A DNA stretch of 58,817 nucleotides from a virus (lineage: Duplodnaviria > Caudoviricetes). Under the pieces are notes generated by a model. That model saw only the letters and a list, made by a program, of their open reading frames with translations, ran no database searches and was not told the DNA's origin. The stretch lies in the IMG/VR virus record IMGVR_UViG_3300004460_000011, positions 1 to 58,817 of that record. One strand, given 5' to 3'. Position 1 is the first letter of the stretch, and each line of letters begins with the position of its first letter. Both the position numbers and the translations under genes were made by a program. Shown one piece after another: positions 50,523 to 58,817 of this stretch.

Positions 50523-52007
50523 TTATGTCGTTGGAGTAAACTCTCGACGTTGTAATTTTAATCTCATTCTAACAGGACCAGGTTTAGTTAAAATCCATTC
50601 AACACCAGATATAACATAAAAGCCAGTTAAATATTCATTAACTATACCATTTTCCGAATTAGGATCATTTTCATCCGGATCACCTGTTCTAGTTTGAGGG
50701 GCTTCATCCCCTTCTATGTCATCATTAGATGGTGCTAATAAAGCATTCTTTATTGGGCTAGCAAATTCTAAAATTTGAACATATATTCTACTATATCTAA
50801 CTAAAGCAGGATTAACTGTATCTAATTCTATAACCATTCCCATTTTATTAATCTCAGCGTTATTTTGATAATTCTGAACTGTAGCATATTGAAATTCAGG
50901 ATGAACATTATCGCCCTGTGTACCTAGATATTTGTATTTAACTTGATCATTTCTAGGGCCTTCCACTTCTCCACCTACTATTCTACCTTTTGTAGCAGGT
51001 ATCATTCCTGGTGTATCGTTTGTTAAAGGATCTACAAATTCACTAACCCATTCTTTTGCTTCAAGATCCCAGTATTGAGTGTATCGTTTATAACCGTTTG
51101 CTTTACTAATAGCCCCACTCTTGTTTACTAATTCATGTTTAGATACATACCTTGCACCACCTTGCATCTGAATCATATTACTTAAATAGTTAGGAAATTC
51201 ATCCTCTTGTCCTTCTGATCCTTCAGCACCTATAGTATCTCCAGCATTTTGGCTAAATGTTTGGCTAGCTTCAATTGCACCTTCTTGACTAAATAATCTA
51301 TTTACATCAACCATTGTTAAATAATAATAAGGATCAATATAAGAAGTAAAAAATGTTTCGTCGCTTAAGTAACTATTTGCAACAATGTCTTGTATCCACG
51401 TTTCTGTAGTATCATTAGGATTTGTCCATGTCATAGTATCAGCAGTCTCTTCAACATTAGACGCATACCCTAATTGTAATCTTTCAGCTATATTTAATAG
51501 TGCATCCCAGCTTGTAACTTCTTCTTCATATTCAACATTTTCTGTAAAAAGATTAGGGACAAACATTCTACCCATTATTAAATATTCACTTGCACTTGCA
51601 CCGCCACCGCCGCCAACAGGTTTACAATCAACTATAGTAAAATCTATTCTTATTGGTTTAAACGTAGTTTCATCACCTTGTGATCTAATGTTAACTTGTA
51701 TTAAATCTCCATCCTTAGGATAAAATCTTGAAGTAAAGAATCCATCAACATCAGCAAATTGTATTTTAATAATTGGATAAAAAGCATCATTCTTTAAAGA
51801 AAATAGATTTAACCTATCCATTTGGACATCATATCCATTTACCCTAATATCTGGTACTACCTGAGAAAATTTAGAAGGTTTTTCTTTTAGTGTTGAATCA
51901 TCAGAATTTTCTGACCCACTTTCAACATCCAATATTTCCATTGGATCTAATTCTATAGCGGGTTCTATAACCGTTAATATATTTCTTTCAACTATACTAT
52001 CAGACAT
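50523..52007 (-). CDS. Baseplate hub protein, gp27-like (494 aa)
   Basis: Position, plus C-terminal YLTGFYVISGVEW...MRLKLQRRE hub-type pattern. Confidence 0.6.
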   Translation of the reverse strand: MSDSIVERNILTVIEPAIELDPMEILDVESGSENSDDSTLKEKPSKFSQVVPDIRVNGYDVQMDRLNLFSLKNDAFYPIIKIQFADVDGFFTSRFYPKDGDLIQVNIRSQGDETTFKPIRIDFTIVDCKPVGGGGGASASEYLIMGRMFVPNLFTENVEYEEEVTSWDALLNIAERLQLGYASNVEETADTMTWTNPNDTTETWIQDIVANSYLSDETFFTSYIDPYYYLTMVDVNRLFSQEGAIEASQTFSQNAGDTIGAEGSEGQEDEFPNYLSNMIQMQGGARYVSKHELVNKSGAISKANGYKRYTQYWDLEAKEWVSEFVDPLTNDTPGMIPATKGRIVGGEVEGPRNDQVKYKYLGTQGDNVHPEFQYATVQNYQNNAEINKMGMVIELDTVNPALVRYSRIYVQILEFASPIKNALLAPSNDDIEGDEAPQTRTGDPDENDPNSENGIVNEYLTGFYVISGVEWILTKPGPVRMRLKLQRREFTPTT

Positions 52008-52010
52008 ATC

Positions 52011-52556
52011 TTATGATTCAGTATTTGTACTATTTCTTGTCGGTAGATTTGCCCCTAATTTAATTTTACCTCCTTCATATACTTTAGCATCTTGTCCTTG
52101 CTGTAGCATATTTGGTGGAATAGGTGACTTTACTCCATTCTTTTTTGTTTTAGCTTTTTGTATTAATCTTTGGATTCGTGATTGATCTTTTTCACTCTGT
52201 CTTCCAGTATCAACATACTGAGCCAATGAAGCACTTGGTCGTTCTGCGGGATTTGGTCTCTTATAAACTAAATCTAATTGTTCTAATTTAGGTATTGCCA
52301 AAACATCACCTTCTTGAATAGTAAAAGGATTAAAGATATTATTAACAACACATATTGCATCTAAATAAGCATCCGTTCCATAATACATCTGAGAAATTTT
52401 ATCTATACGGCCTATCTGGTCTTGCTGAACGTAATGTAAAGCCTTAACACCAAGTTCTCTTTTATATTTAAAGGAAGGTGCAGTTAAATCAAAATATTGT
52501 TGGCCTGTTTTTTCATCAGACAATTTATTTTTTAATGTAAGAGATTTAATGTTCAT
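52011..52556 (-). CDS. gp53/LysM-like baseplate protein
   Basis: GRIDKISQMYYG...ICVVNNIFNPFTIQEGDVLAIP motif. Confidence 0.8.
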   Translation of the reverse strand: MNIKSLTLKNKLSDEKTGQQYFDLTAPSFKYKRELGVKALHYVQQDQIGRIDKISQMYYGTDAYLDAICVVNNIFNPFTIQEGDVLAIPKLEQLDLVYKRPNPAERPSASLAQYVDTGRQSEKDQSRIQRLIQKAKTKKNGVKSPIPPNMLQQGQDAKVYEGGKIKLGANLPTRNSTNTES

Positions 52557-52570
52557 ATTTATTTATTCTT

Positions 52571-54382
52571 TTATGAGTCAATTAGCATTTGTGTTAAGTT
52601 ACTAACATATGCACCTGTTGTTGGATCTTGGCTAGCACTACCATTCTTAAGAGATGAAACTTCAGAACTATTGTTTTTAATATTAGAGATTAATTCATTA
52701 TTGAATGAATCAGCTGATGGTTGATTTGTAGATGGTTGTAAACTACTTGTTCCTACGTCTGGTATAACACCATACATTGAAACTTCTTTACCAGCTAAAT
52801 TAAGTACATCTTCAACACCTTGAGCTGATGCATATATTCTACCTTGGCCTGCATTAAACATATTTTCTATATCTCCTTTATCTCTTGGCTTACCGTGCTT
52901 TAAATCAATTTCAAATTTAGCCTCCATAGGAAAATCATCATAACCTAAACCTTGTCCTAATGTCATAGTAGCATTATCACAAATCATATTACCCATCATT
53001 ACAATTGGATTTAATGGATTACCGACAGTTAAATGCCAGTCACCGGTAGGTTCTCCGCTAATAAAAGCCTTCGTTGCAGATGTACCTGTAGCACCACCTA
53101 CTTGCTTACCTAAAAAGTTACCAAGCATATTACCTAATAAATTTTTACCAACTTTCTTTAAACCATCAACTATACTATTAGCATCAAAATTTCCACTAGA
53201 ATCTCCAAATAATCCTTTCATACCAGTCTCTACATCATTAACTACACTTCCCATATAACCAGAAAAATTACCATCTCTTAACATACTAATGTCTCCGAAT
53301 TGGCTAGCAACAAATCCACTACTTCCATAATACCTATGCCCTCCTCCAAAAAATTGAGCATTATTAGTAGTCATGGTTAACATATTACTTATAATATCAA
53401 TCATTGCTATTTTAGGATTAACATAACTTAATGATTTAAGTTCATATTCAAAAGTTAGCTTCATATCATTTGTAAACTTTAATCCACGTTTACGAACCAT
53501 AGTACTATCTACAACGTTTACTGGTCCTAATACAAAATTAGCATAAGTAGTTCCTAACCTATCAGCAGTAGAGCTACCTGCTCCGTTTTGAGCTCTAAAC
53601 TTAGAACCTGCGGTTTGTCCTTTTGCTGAGTCAGCAACTGCTCTACCTATTCCTCCAATTTTATTGTAAAAAGGTTGTTGTGTGTAACCGCCACCTGATG
53701 AACCAGTATCCACTGATTCAAAATCAGCTGTTATTGCTTCATAATTTAAACCAAATGACATCTTTAAAAGTTCTTCTAAACTATTACCAGCAGTTTCTCC
53801 TAAATATGTTATTGCCGTTACACCAGCAACTTGTGTGGCATCGGCTACAGTTCCTTCTTTATCCTTAACTTTATATTGATAAATGTTGTCAGAAATTGCA
53901 GTTGGAAATCTCCTAAGCGTAATTAAATGATTTACTGGAATTTTCTTGTAATATTTAGAATATAAAAAATCTGATGGCTTATAACCTATTTTAGGATAGT
54001 GTTCATCAAAGTAATTTATGATCTTTGGTAATGAAACATTAGTAGCTTCCGCCCCACCCATTAATTCATTAACAGGTTTATCAATATACTTATCCTGTTG
54101 AGCTGTTTGTAAATTTCCATAAAATCCTTGGAAATTAAACAGAGCATACTTATTAGCAATAGAACTTGCAATTGGTGATGTAGACATGCCATTAGCCACG
54201 GTTGCTGCATCAGCCAACGCAGAATTAACATAAAAGTTTTGGCTATATAAATCAGCAACACCTTTTGCAAAACCTGAAGCTTGGCCACCAAATGGGCCTA
54301 CTAAATTGGTATTTGCAGTATTCTCCTGAGGATACATTGCATCATTGAGTGATTCAATTTTATTACTGAAATTAAAAGCCAT
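52571..54382 (-). CDS. Putative baseplate/tail-tube initiator-type protein (603 aa)
   Basis: First gene of the baseplate block, late motif upstream. Confidence 0.5.
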   Translation of the reverse strand: MAFNFSNKIESLNDAMYPQENTANTNLVGPFGGQASGFAKGVADLYSQNFYVNSALADAATVANGMSTSPIASSIANKYALFNFQGFYGNLQTAQQDKYIDKPVNELMGGAEATNVSLPKIINYFDEHYPKIGYKPSDFLYSKYYKKIPVNHLITLRRFPTAISDNIYQYKVKDKEGTVADATQVAGVTAITYLGETAGNSLEELLKMSFGLNYEAITADFESVDTGSSGGGYTQQPFYNKIGGIGRAVADSAKGQTAGSKFRAQNGAGSSTADRLGTTYANFVLGPVNVVDSTMVRKRGLKFTNDMKLTFEYELKSLSYVNPKIAMIDIISNMLTMTTNNAQFFGGGHRYYGSSGFVASQFGDISMLRDGNFSGYMGSVVNDVETGMKGLFGDSSGNFDANSIVDGLKKVGKNLLGNMLGNFLGKQVGGATGTSATKAFISGEPTGDWHLTVGNPLNPIVMMGNMICDNATMTLGQGLGYDDFPMEAKFEIDLKHGKPRDKGDIENMFNAGQGRIYASAQGVEDVLNLAGKEVSMYGVIPDVGTSSLQPSTNQPSADSFNNELISNIKNNSSEVSSLKNGSASQDPTTGAYVSNLTQMLIDS

Positions 54383-54407
54383 AGATGAAGGTTATTTTAT
54401 TATATAT

Positions 54408-54971
54408 TTAACTTAAGCTGTTGAGGTACTTATTAATATCTATGTTACCTTTTTTAAATTTATCAGCCCAGCCTTTTTTATATCTGGCATCAAATTCTCT
54501 TACACTATCTATAGAGAGTGGCCCTTTAAAAAATGGCCTAGATGATATATCCCTAATCTCTTTTAAGTTTTTAGAAATCATATATAGTTGAACCTTTTCA
54601 AATAATTCAGATAATCCAACCTTTGTTTTGGTACACATAACTGATTCTATAACTACATAAAATCTTTCTCTATCTTTTTCATTTAACCTATCTTCTAAAA
54701 CTTTAGCAGTTTTAAAGTCTTCGGCTTTAAGAATCATTTTCCTTGCACGATTTTCAAACATATGTCTAAAGTTCATATCAAAAAAATGCTGTTTAAGAAA
54801 TCTCATATTATCATAAAACTTAATAATACGAATTTGATAAAGAGGATTTACTGGATCCCATTTGGAATCTAAGATTTTACCTTTAACCGGTAAAAGTATG
54901 TTAGGATTAGTATGAGATGCTAAAAGGCAATATACATTTTGTCCTTTATTAAATATCCTATGTGTTTTCAT
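54408..54971 (-). CDS. Hypothetical basic protein (187 aa)
   Basis: ATGA-coupled to the upstream ORF. Confidence 0.65.
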   Translation of the reverse strand: MKTHRIFNKGQNVYCLLASHTNPNILLPVKGKILDSKWDPVNPLYQIRIIKFYDNMRFLKQHFFDMNFRHMFENRARKMILKAEDFKTAKVLEDRLNEKDRERFYVVIESVMCTKTKVGLSELFEKVQLYMISKNLKEIRDISSRPFFKGPLSIDSVREFDARYKKGWADKFKKGNIDINKYLNSLS

Positions 54972-55360
54972 TCAAATTCTATTATGTCATCGAATAACTC
55001 AGCAGTGCCGTTGACAGTAATATCAGGTGAATGATAAATTTTATAAGTAATAGGTTTGTTTGATAATGATTCTACATAAGACTGTATGCCGCCAACTGTT
55101 TCTTTATTAAGATTTCCTAAAACATAAAATATTGTTGTAGAAATATTACGACCTATCGCATTTTGTAATTGTCTCATTAAATAAGATGATACTACTGCAT
55201 CAGATGGTTCATATTGATAAAAATCGTTTTTTGTAAGTTTATTAAATATATCCATATAATTTATACACTCAATGCTCCTAGGAACATTACCTAAAAATGT
55301 TTTAACACGTAATGCATCATTAGAGTATATGAAATTAAATTCTATATGTTCTTCTTCCAT
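54968..55360 (-). CDS. Hypothetical alpha/beta protein (130 aa)
   Basis: Overlaps both neighbours in a packed operon. Confidence 0.6.
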   Translation of the reverse strand: MEEEHIEFNFIYSNDALRVKTFLGNVPRSIECINYMDIFNKLTKNDFYQYEPSDAVVSSYLMRQLQNAIGRNISTTIFYVLGNLNKETVGGIQSYVESLSNKPITYKIYHSPDITVNGTAELFDDIIEFE

Positions 55361-55674
55361 TCTTCTAGTTCCTTAAGCTCACTCTTAAGTCTTTTTATTT
55401 TAAATTCAATATCTTTATCAGTAGGTTCATAGTGAGTACCCCATTGTGTATTAATATCTAATACTGTTTTATCAAATTTACTACCAAGCTCTAAGCCAAG
55501 ATCATCGCATAAATCAAAAAAGAATCTTTTTACATAACTGTATTGATTCTTATCATTTTCATTTGATTCATAAACATCAGTAGAAGTAAAATGTTCTCTA
55601 CCTCCTCCATGATTATCATCAATGACTTTTTTAATTACACCATTTCTAGCAGGTTCTAAAACTATCTTAATCAT
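55342..55674 (-). CDS. Hypothetical protein (110 aa)
   Basis: Packed operon. Confidence 0.65.
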   Translation of the reverse strand: MIKIVLEPARNGVIKKVIDDNHGGGREHFTSTDVYESNENDKNQYSYVKRFFFDLCDDLGLELGSKFDKTVLDINTQWGTHYEPTDKDIEFKIKRLKSELKELEEWKKNI

Positions 55675-56061
55675 TTATGATTTTCTATTATATAATTTAG
55701 ATGCTAATTCTTTGATTGTTTTTCTTGCAACCTTTTTATCAGAATGCCATGTAGATTTATCTTTAATCATAATAAGAGAATATGCTTCCCTTAATTTTTC
55801 TATTTCTTTATCTGTATAACCTTCTTCTTTCCATCTACTTATATGAATATTTTCAGCAGCCTCTAATGCAGCATAGATAGATTTTTCAGCAGCTTCAGTA
55901 TTAGCTTCATGTATTTCTTTGCCTTTTTCTCTAGTTTGTTTACAGATTTCCAACCATTCTTTAAATGATAATTTACTTTTCATTTTTAGAATTCCTTGAT
56001 GTTTCATAGCCAATCTTCTTTGGCGACGGTTAGGTATAGTTTGATTTGCAGTCTCGCTCAT
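55675..56061 (-). CDS. Hypothetical helical protein with Arg-rich motif (128 aa)
   Basis: PNRRQRR near the N-terminus. Confidence 0.65.
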   Translation of the reverse strand: MSETANQTIPNRRQRRLAMKHQGILKMKSKLSFKEWLEICKQTREKGKEIHEANTEAAEKSIYAALEAAENIHISRWKEEGYTDKEIEKLREAYSLIMIKDKSTWHSDKKVARKTIKELASKLYNRKS

Positions 56062-56100
56062 ATGATTAATTTTATTATATATTACTAGTTATAAAGTGTG

Positions 56101-56628
56101 CTATTCACCTTTGTACTTACTCTCGATTAATGATTGTACACTGTTATGTAAACAGTCTAATATTTCATCTTTAGATAATTGATCTAAAATAAATGATTGT
56201 AATTGTTCATTAACTTCTTTTTTATCAAATGATGTACTCATTATTTCATACACACCTTTTGTTGGAATGTTTACAGGAAATTCTAAAAGAAGTTTTACTT
56301 TATTATTTTTCTTTTGTTTATTAAATAAAACTCGAATAGGAGAAATTGCAACTTCTTGTAAGTTTTTAGGTGAAGCCGATACATTTAATGGATCATTGTT
56401 AGACATTTGTGGTTTTACAAATTCACCAGCTATATCAGAATCTAATTGTTGTAGAAATTCATTTTGTAAATCTTTTGATAATCTACCACCTTCATTAAAG
56501 TTTATCCACTTATCGTCGATATTCTTAATAGTAACTACATCACCAGATTTTTCTCCTTTAATCCATTGGTAATATTTAAGCTCCGGTACTTCTTCTTGTG
56601 GAGTTTCCTTAATGTTATCTTTTTGCAT
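56101..56628 (-). CDS. Hypothetical protein (175 aa)
   Basis: TAAAC-N17-TATAA motif upstream (56645-56673). Confidence 0.65.
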   Translation of the reverse strand: MQKDNIKETPQEEVPELKYYQWIKGEKSGDVVTIKNIDDKWINFNEGGRLSKDLQNEFLQQLDSDIAGEFVKPQMSNNDPLNVSASPKNLQEVAISPIRVLFNKQKKNNKVKLLLEFPVNIPTKGVYEIMSTSFDKKEVNEQLQSFILDQLSKDEILDCLHNSVQSLIESKYKGE

Positions 56629-56680
56629 TTGTTGTCTATTTATTATTATACATTAAATATAATAATTGTTTAAGAATCTA

Positions 56681-56974
56681 TTATGTACAGTTACCATCAA
56701 TATCTTGATTACATATTGTATCAGGATCTTCTTCTGTATATGGATTCCATGTTAGAGCAGGTTGACTAACAGCAACTAATCCATTATTAAAAGCTTCAAA
56801 GGTTGAAAATGTATTTATATTAGCAGCAGCGTATTTAGTATAGGCTTCTCTTGTCCCTGCCCTTCCTGATCTATTAACACCTACAAGAAATGCTGCAACA
56901 TATGAAGTTTTTTTAGAATCTTCATATACAATATAATAATCGTCTCCAGTTGGTGTTATATCTGTTGCTGCCAT
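56681..56974 (-). CDS. Hypothetical protein (97 aa)
   Basis: A-rich start context, follows the DUF285 gene. Confidence 0.6.
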   Translation of the reverse strand: MAATDITPTGDDYYIVYEDSKKTSYVAAFLVGVNRSGRAGTREAYTKYAAANINTFSTFEAFNNGLVAVSQPALTWNPYTEEDPDTICNQDIDGNCT

Positions 56975-56989
56975 AATTTATTATTTTTT

Positions 56990-58303
56990 TTAAATTCCCC
57001 CACCGTCATTAAGTGTTCCCCATTTATTAGCAAGACTCGTACGTGCAGATACTGCTGAAGGATTTGCTAAGGAATATTGACTATTACCAAAATCTACAGT
57101 ACCACCTGGCCAAGATGGGAAACTATAAGCAGCATCCCATGCAATTAATAACGCATCATAATTAGCAGTAGATAATTTAAAAGTAGTAGATGGGCCAGTC
57201 ATTGGTGAGGTACCAACTGTGCTTACATTCCATGCATTTACATTCCAATTTCCTATAGGTTGATCAAACGCAGTAGCATCTGTAAACATATCTCTCATAT
57301 CCACAACTCCTGAAGTATCCCAACCGCTAATATTTTGATTAAAATTAGGACAATCCTTAAACATTTCTCTCATAGTAGTAACTGATGATGTATCCCAACT
57401 CGATATATTGTCATTAAAGATTGCACAGCCGTCAAACATAAAATCCATATTCAGAACTTTTGATGTATTCCAAGAATTCATAGTTCCAGTATTGTTATTA
57501 TCAAAGTTGGCACAATTCCTAAACATTGATTTCATAGAGGGAATAGTAGATACCTTTGCACCTATATTAGTAAATATCTTAGGATTAATAACAGAGCAAT
57601 TATTAAACGTTCTTTCGAATTGTGAAACATTACCTACATCCCAATTACTCAAATCAATAGGTGCACCCCCATTAGATCCAGATTGGAGTTTAGAACAACC
57701 CGAAAACATTATTTGCATTGCACTCAATCTACTTACATCCCAATTTGCAATATTATTAATTGTAGTAAGACTAGTACAACCACTAAATGTAGCTCTTCCT
57801 CCACGGCTATTCAAATTAATATTATTAGGATGTCCAGGAAACCAGGGAGTATCAGGGGCTGATATTATTGATAAGTTTACACATGATCTAAACACTTGCC
57901 CGGATGAATTTTGCTTGCCAGCTGTTAGTTTTAAATCACCCCATCTTGTTATCTCTAATAATTTGTTACCGTCAGCTTTACCAGTATTTTGTGACTGCTC
58001 CCAGAAATTAAATCCTGCAATATTACCTTCTGCTGAAATTGTATATGTACCAGGTGTTGAATAAGTATGCAAACACGCTGTAGCATAATTAGAGGAATTA
58101 ACATTAGAAGTTTGACCATCACCCCAGTCTATAGTAAAATTAATAGTATAGCCTAAATTATCTGTACCATCTGTAATGGGAAAATAAAATTGATTAGTTG
58201 CAGATGGTGTCGTGAAACCATATTGAGTCTGGGTAGCAGTATTAACTCTCATTTGAAAACTACCTTTACCTGAACCTCGTCTACCTGATAAAATCTTTCT
58301 CAT
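56990..58303 (-). CDS. BspA/DUF285 repeat protein with N-terminal PKD-like domain
   Basis: IDWGDG...HTYSTPGTYTI, then repeats WDVSRLSAMQIMF, WNTSKVLNMDFMF, WDTSSVTTMREMF, WDTSGVVDMRDMF. Confidence 0.9.
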   Translation of the reverse strand: MRKILSGRRGSGKGSFQMRVNTATQTQYGFTTPSATNQFYFPITDGTDNLGYTINFTIDWGDGQTSNVNSSNYATACLHTYSTPGTYTISAEGNIAGFNFWEQSQNTGKADGNKLLEITRWGDLKLTAGKQNSSGQVFRSCVNLSIISAPDTPWFPGHPNNINLNSRGGRATFSGCTSLTTINNIANWDVSRLSAMQIMFSGCSKLQSGSNGGAPIDLSNWDVGNVSQFERTFNNCSVINPKIFTNIGAKVSTIPSMKSMFRNCANFDNNNTGTMNSWNTSKVLNMDFMFDGCAIFNDNISSWDTSSVTTMREMFKDCPNFNQNISGWDTSGVVDMRDMFTDATAFDQPIGNWNVNAWNVSTVGTSPMTGPSTTFKLSTANYDALLIAWDAAYSFPSWPGGTVDFGNSQYSLANPSAVSARTSLANKWGTLNDGGGI

Positions 58304-58307
58304 ATGT

Positions 58308-58768
58308 TTATGGTGCTATTTGTTCAAACCAATATTCATTACGATGTCCGTTATATTGTACAGTTAAATACATATTAGTATTAGTTATAAAATCATCTCC
58401 TTTAATTCCAACTGCCAAACTTACACTTGGTGATGAGGCCGTGTTAGTTAATATTCTAGCAAAACCACCTATTACACTTGATGCCGGACTTATAGTATAA
58501 GATGTAGCACTAGCAGCGGGGGCACCATCCATATTATAATAAGTACCTATTACATTATCAGTTGTAATTGTTCCTGTTGTAGTACTAGCCGTAGCAACTC
58601 CAGTTGGTCCTTGTGGTCCTTGTGGCCCTTGTTGCCCTGTTGGTCCCTGTGGTCCTTGAGGTCCTTGTTGACCAGTTGGTCCTTGTGGTCCTTGTTGACC
58701 AGTTGGTCCCTGTTGTCCTTGAGGTCCTTGTTGACCAGTTGGTCCTTGTGGTCCTTGTTGACCAGTTG
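58308..58768 (-). CDS. C-terminal part of a collagen-repeat fibre protein, 5'-truncated
   Basis: GPQ/GPT/GQQ repeats then a ~95-aa domain. The ORF-track start [11 protein letters not shown] is translated adapter. Confidence 0.85.
58528..58634. repeat. Direct repeat copy B, matching 1-107
   Basis: 4 mismatches in 107 nt. Confidence 0.95.
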
Positions 58769-58817
58769 AGATCGGAAGAGCACCCGTCTGAACTCCAGTC
58801 ACCGTTGTATATCGTAT
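58769..58817 (+). other. Illumina TruSeq indexed adapter contamination
   Basis: AGATCGGAAGAGCACcCGTCTGAACTCCAGTCAC-CGTTGT-ATaTCGTAT versus canonical AGATCGGAAGAGCACACGTCTGAACTCCAGTCAC-index-ATCTCGTAT. Confidence 0.98.

Noticed and set aside
42132-54382. Bacterial contractile injection system or tailocin locus
   Set aside because: Linked T4-like primase, SSB, UvsW/UvsY, neck protein and head-protein motifs indicate a phage genome.
57408-58064. 218-aa plus-strand ORF
   Set aside because: Antisense to the clear DUF285 gene, with no recognisable motif.
1-58634. Diversity-generating retroelement TR/VR pair explaining the end repeats
   Set aside because: No reverse transcriptase is present, and the mismatches are not confined to adenines of one copy on the coding strand.
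58550-58802. ORF starts MLFRS and [11 protein letters not shown]
   Set aside because: Both are translations of the Illumina adapter.
1-58817. Stop-codon reassignment as in some large phages
   Set aside because: Code 11 gives dense, full-length genes, and TAG and TGA end genes at sensible positions (RuvC-like, GroES).
1-58817. tRNA, rRNA, introns or inteins
   Set aside because: Intergenic gaps are short and AT-rich with no cloverleaf seen, and the helicase and primase are normal length. A covariance search was not possible.

Overview
A 58.8-kb, AT-rich stretch of a large T4-related contractile-tailed phage. All credible genes are on the minus strand and the standard genetic code is used. A Bacteroidota host is inferred from the A-rich translation starts lacking Shine-Dalgarno sequences, a DUF285/BspA adhesin and a spanin-like protein with a C-terminal beta hairpin. 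In transcription order (right to left) the window holds: a collagen fibre fragment and DUF285 adhesin; small non-structural genes; a baseplate/neck module (gp53-, gp27-, gp5-, gp13-, gp25-, gp6-like) with a ribosomal protein S1 and an amidoligase embedded in it; several very large virion proteins; a spanin-like protein; a gp3-like tail terminator; a replication/recombination block (RuvC-like, GroES, gp32 SSB, gp61 primase, UvsY, UvsW); a cluster of putative head-packaged proteins; and a domain-shuffled fibre cluster. No capsid, portal, terminase, sheath or DNA polymerase gene was recognised. The strongest candidate for an undescribed system is at 6150-14550. These proteins carry T4-like capsid-targeting and prohead-protease motifs and include two ligase-fold (KxDG/KxSG) domains, an HxGH nucleotidyltransferase and a PD-(D/E)xK-like nuclease, apparently built as cleavable polyproteins, i.e. 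an injected enzyme payload. Other highlights: a GAAAC-N18-TATAA promoter class shared by S1 and gp32, with one orphan antisense copy; late-promoter motifs inside start-occluding hairpins; a propeptide-masked cationic glycine-zipper peptide; and near-identical window ends that would close into one intact gene. The last 49 nt are Illumina adapter. Family assignments are from motif recognition by eye, not database searches.
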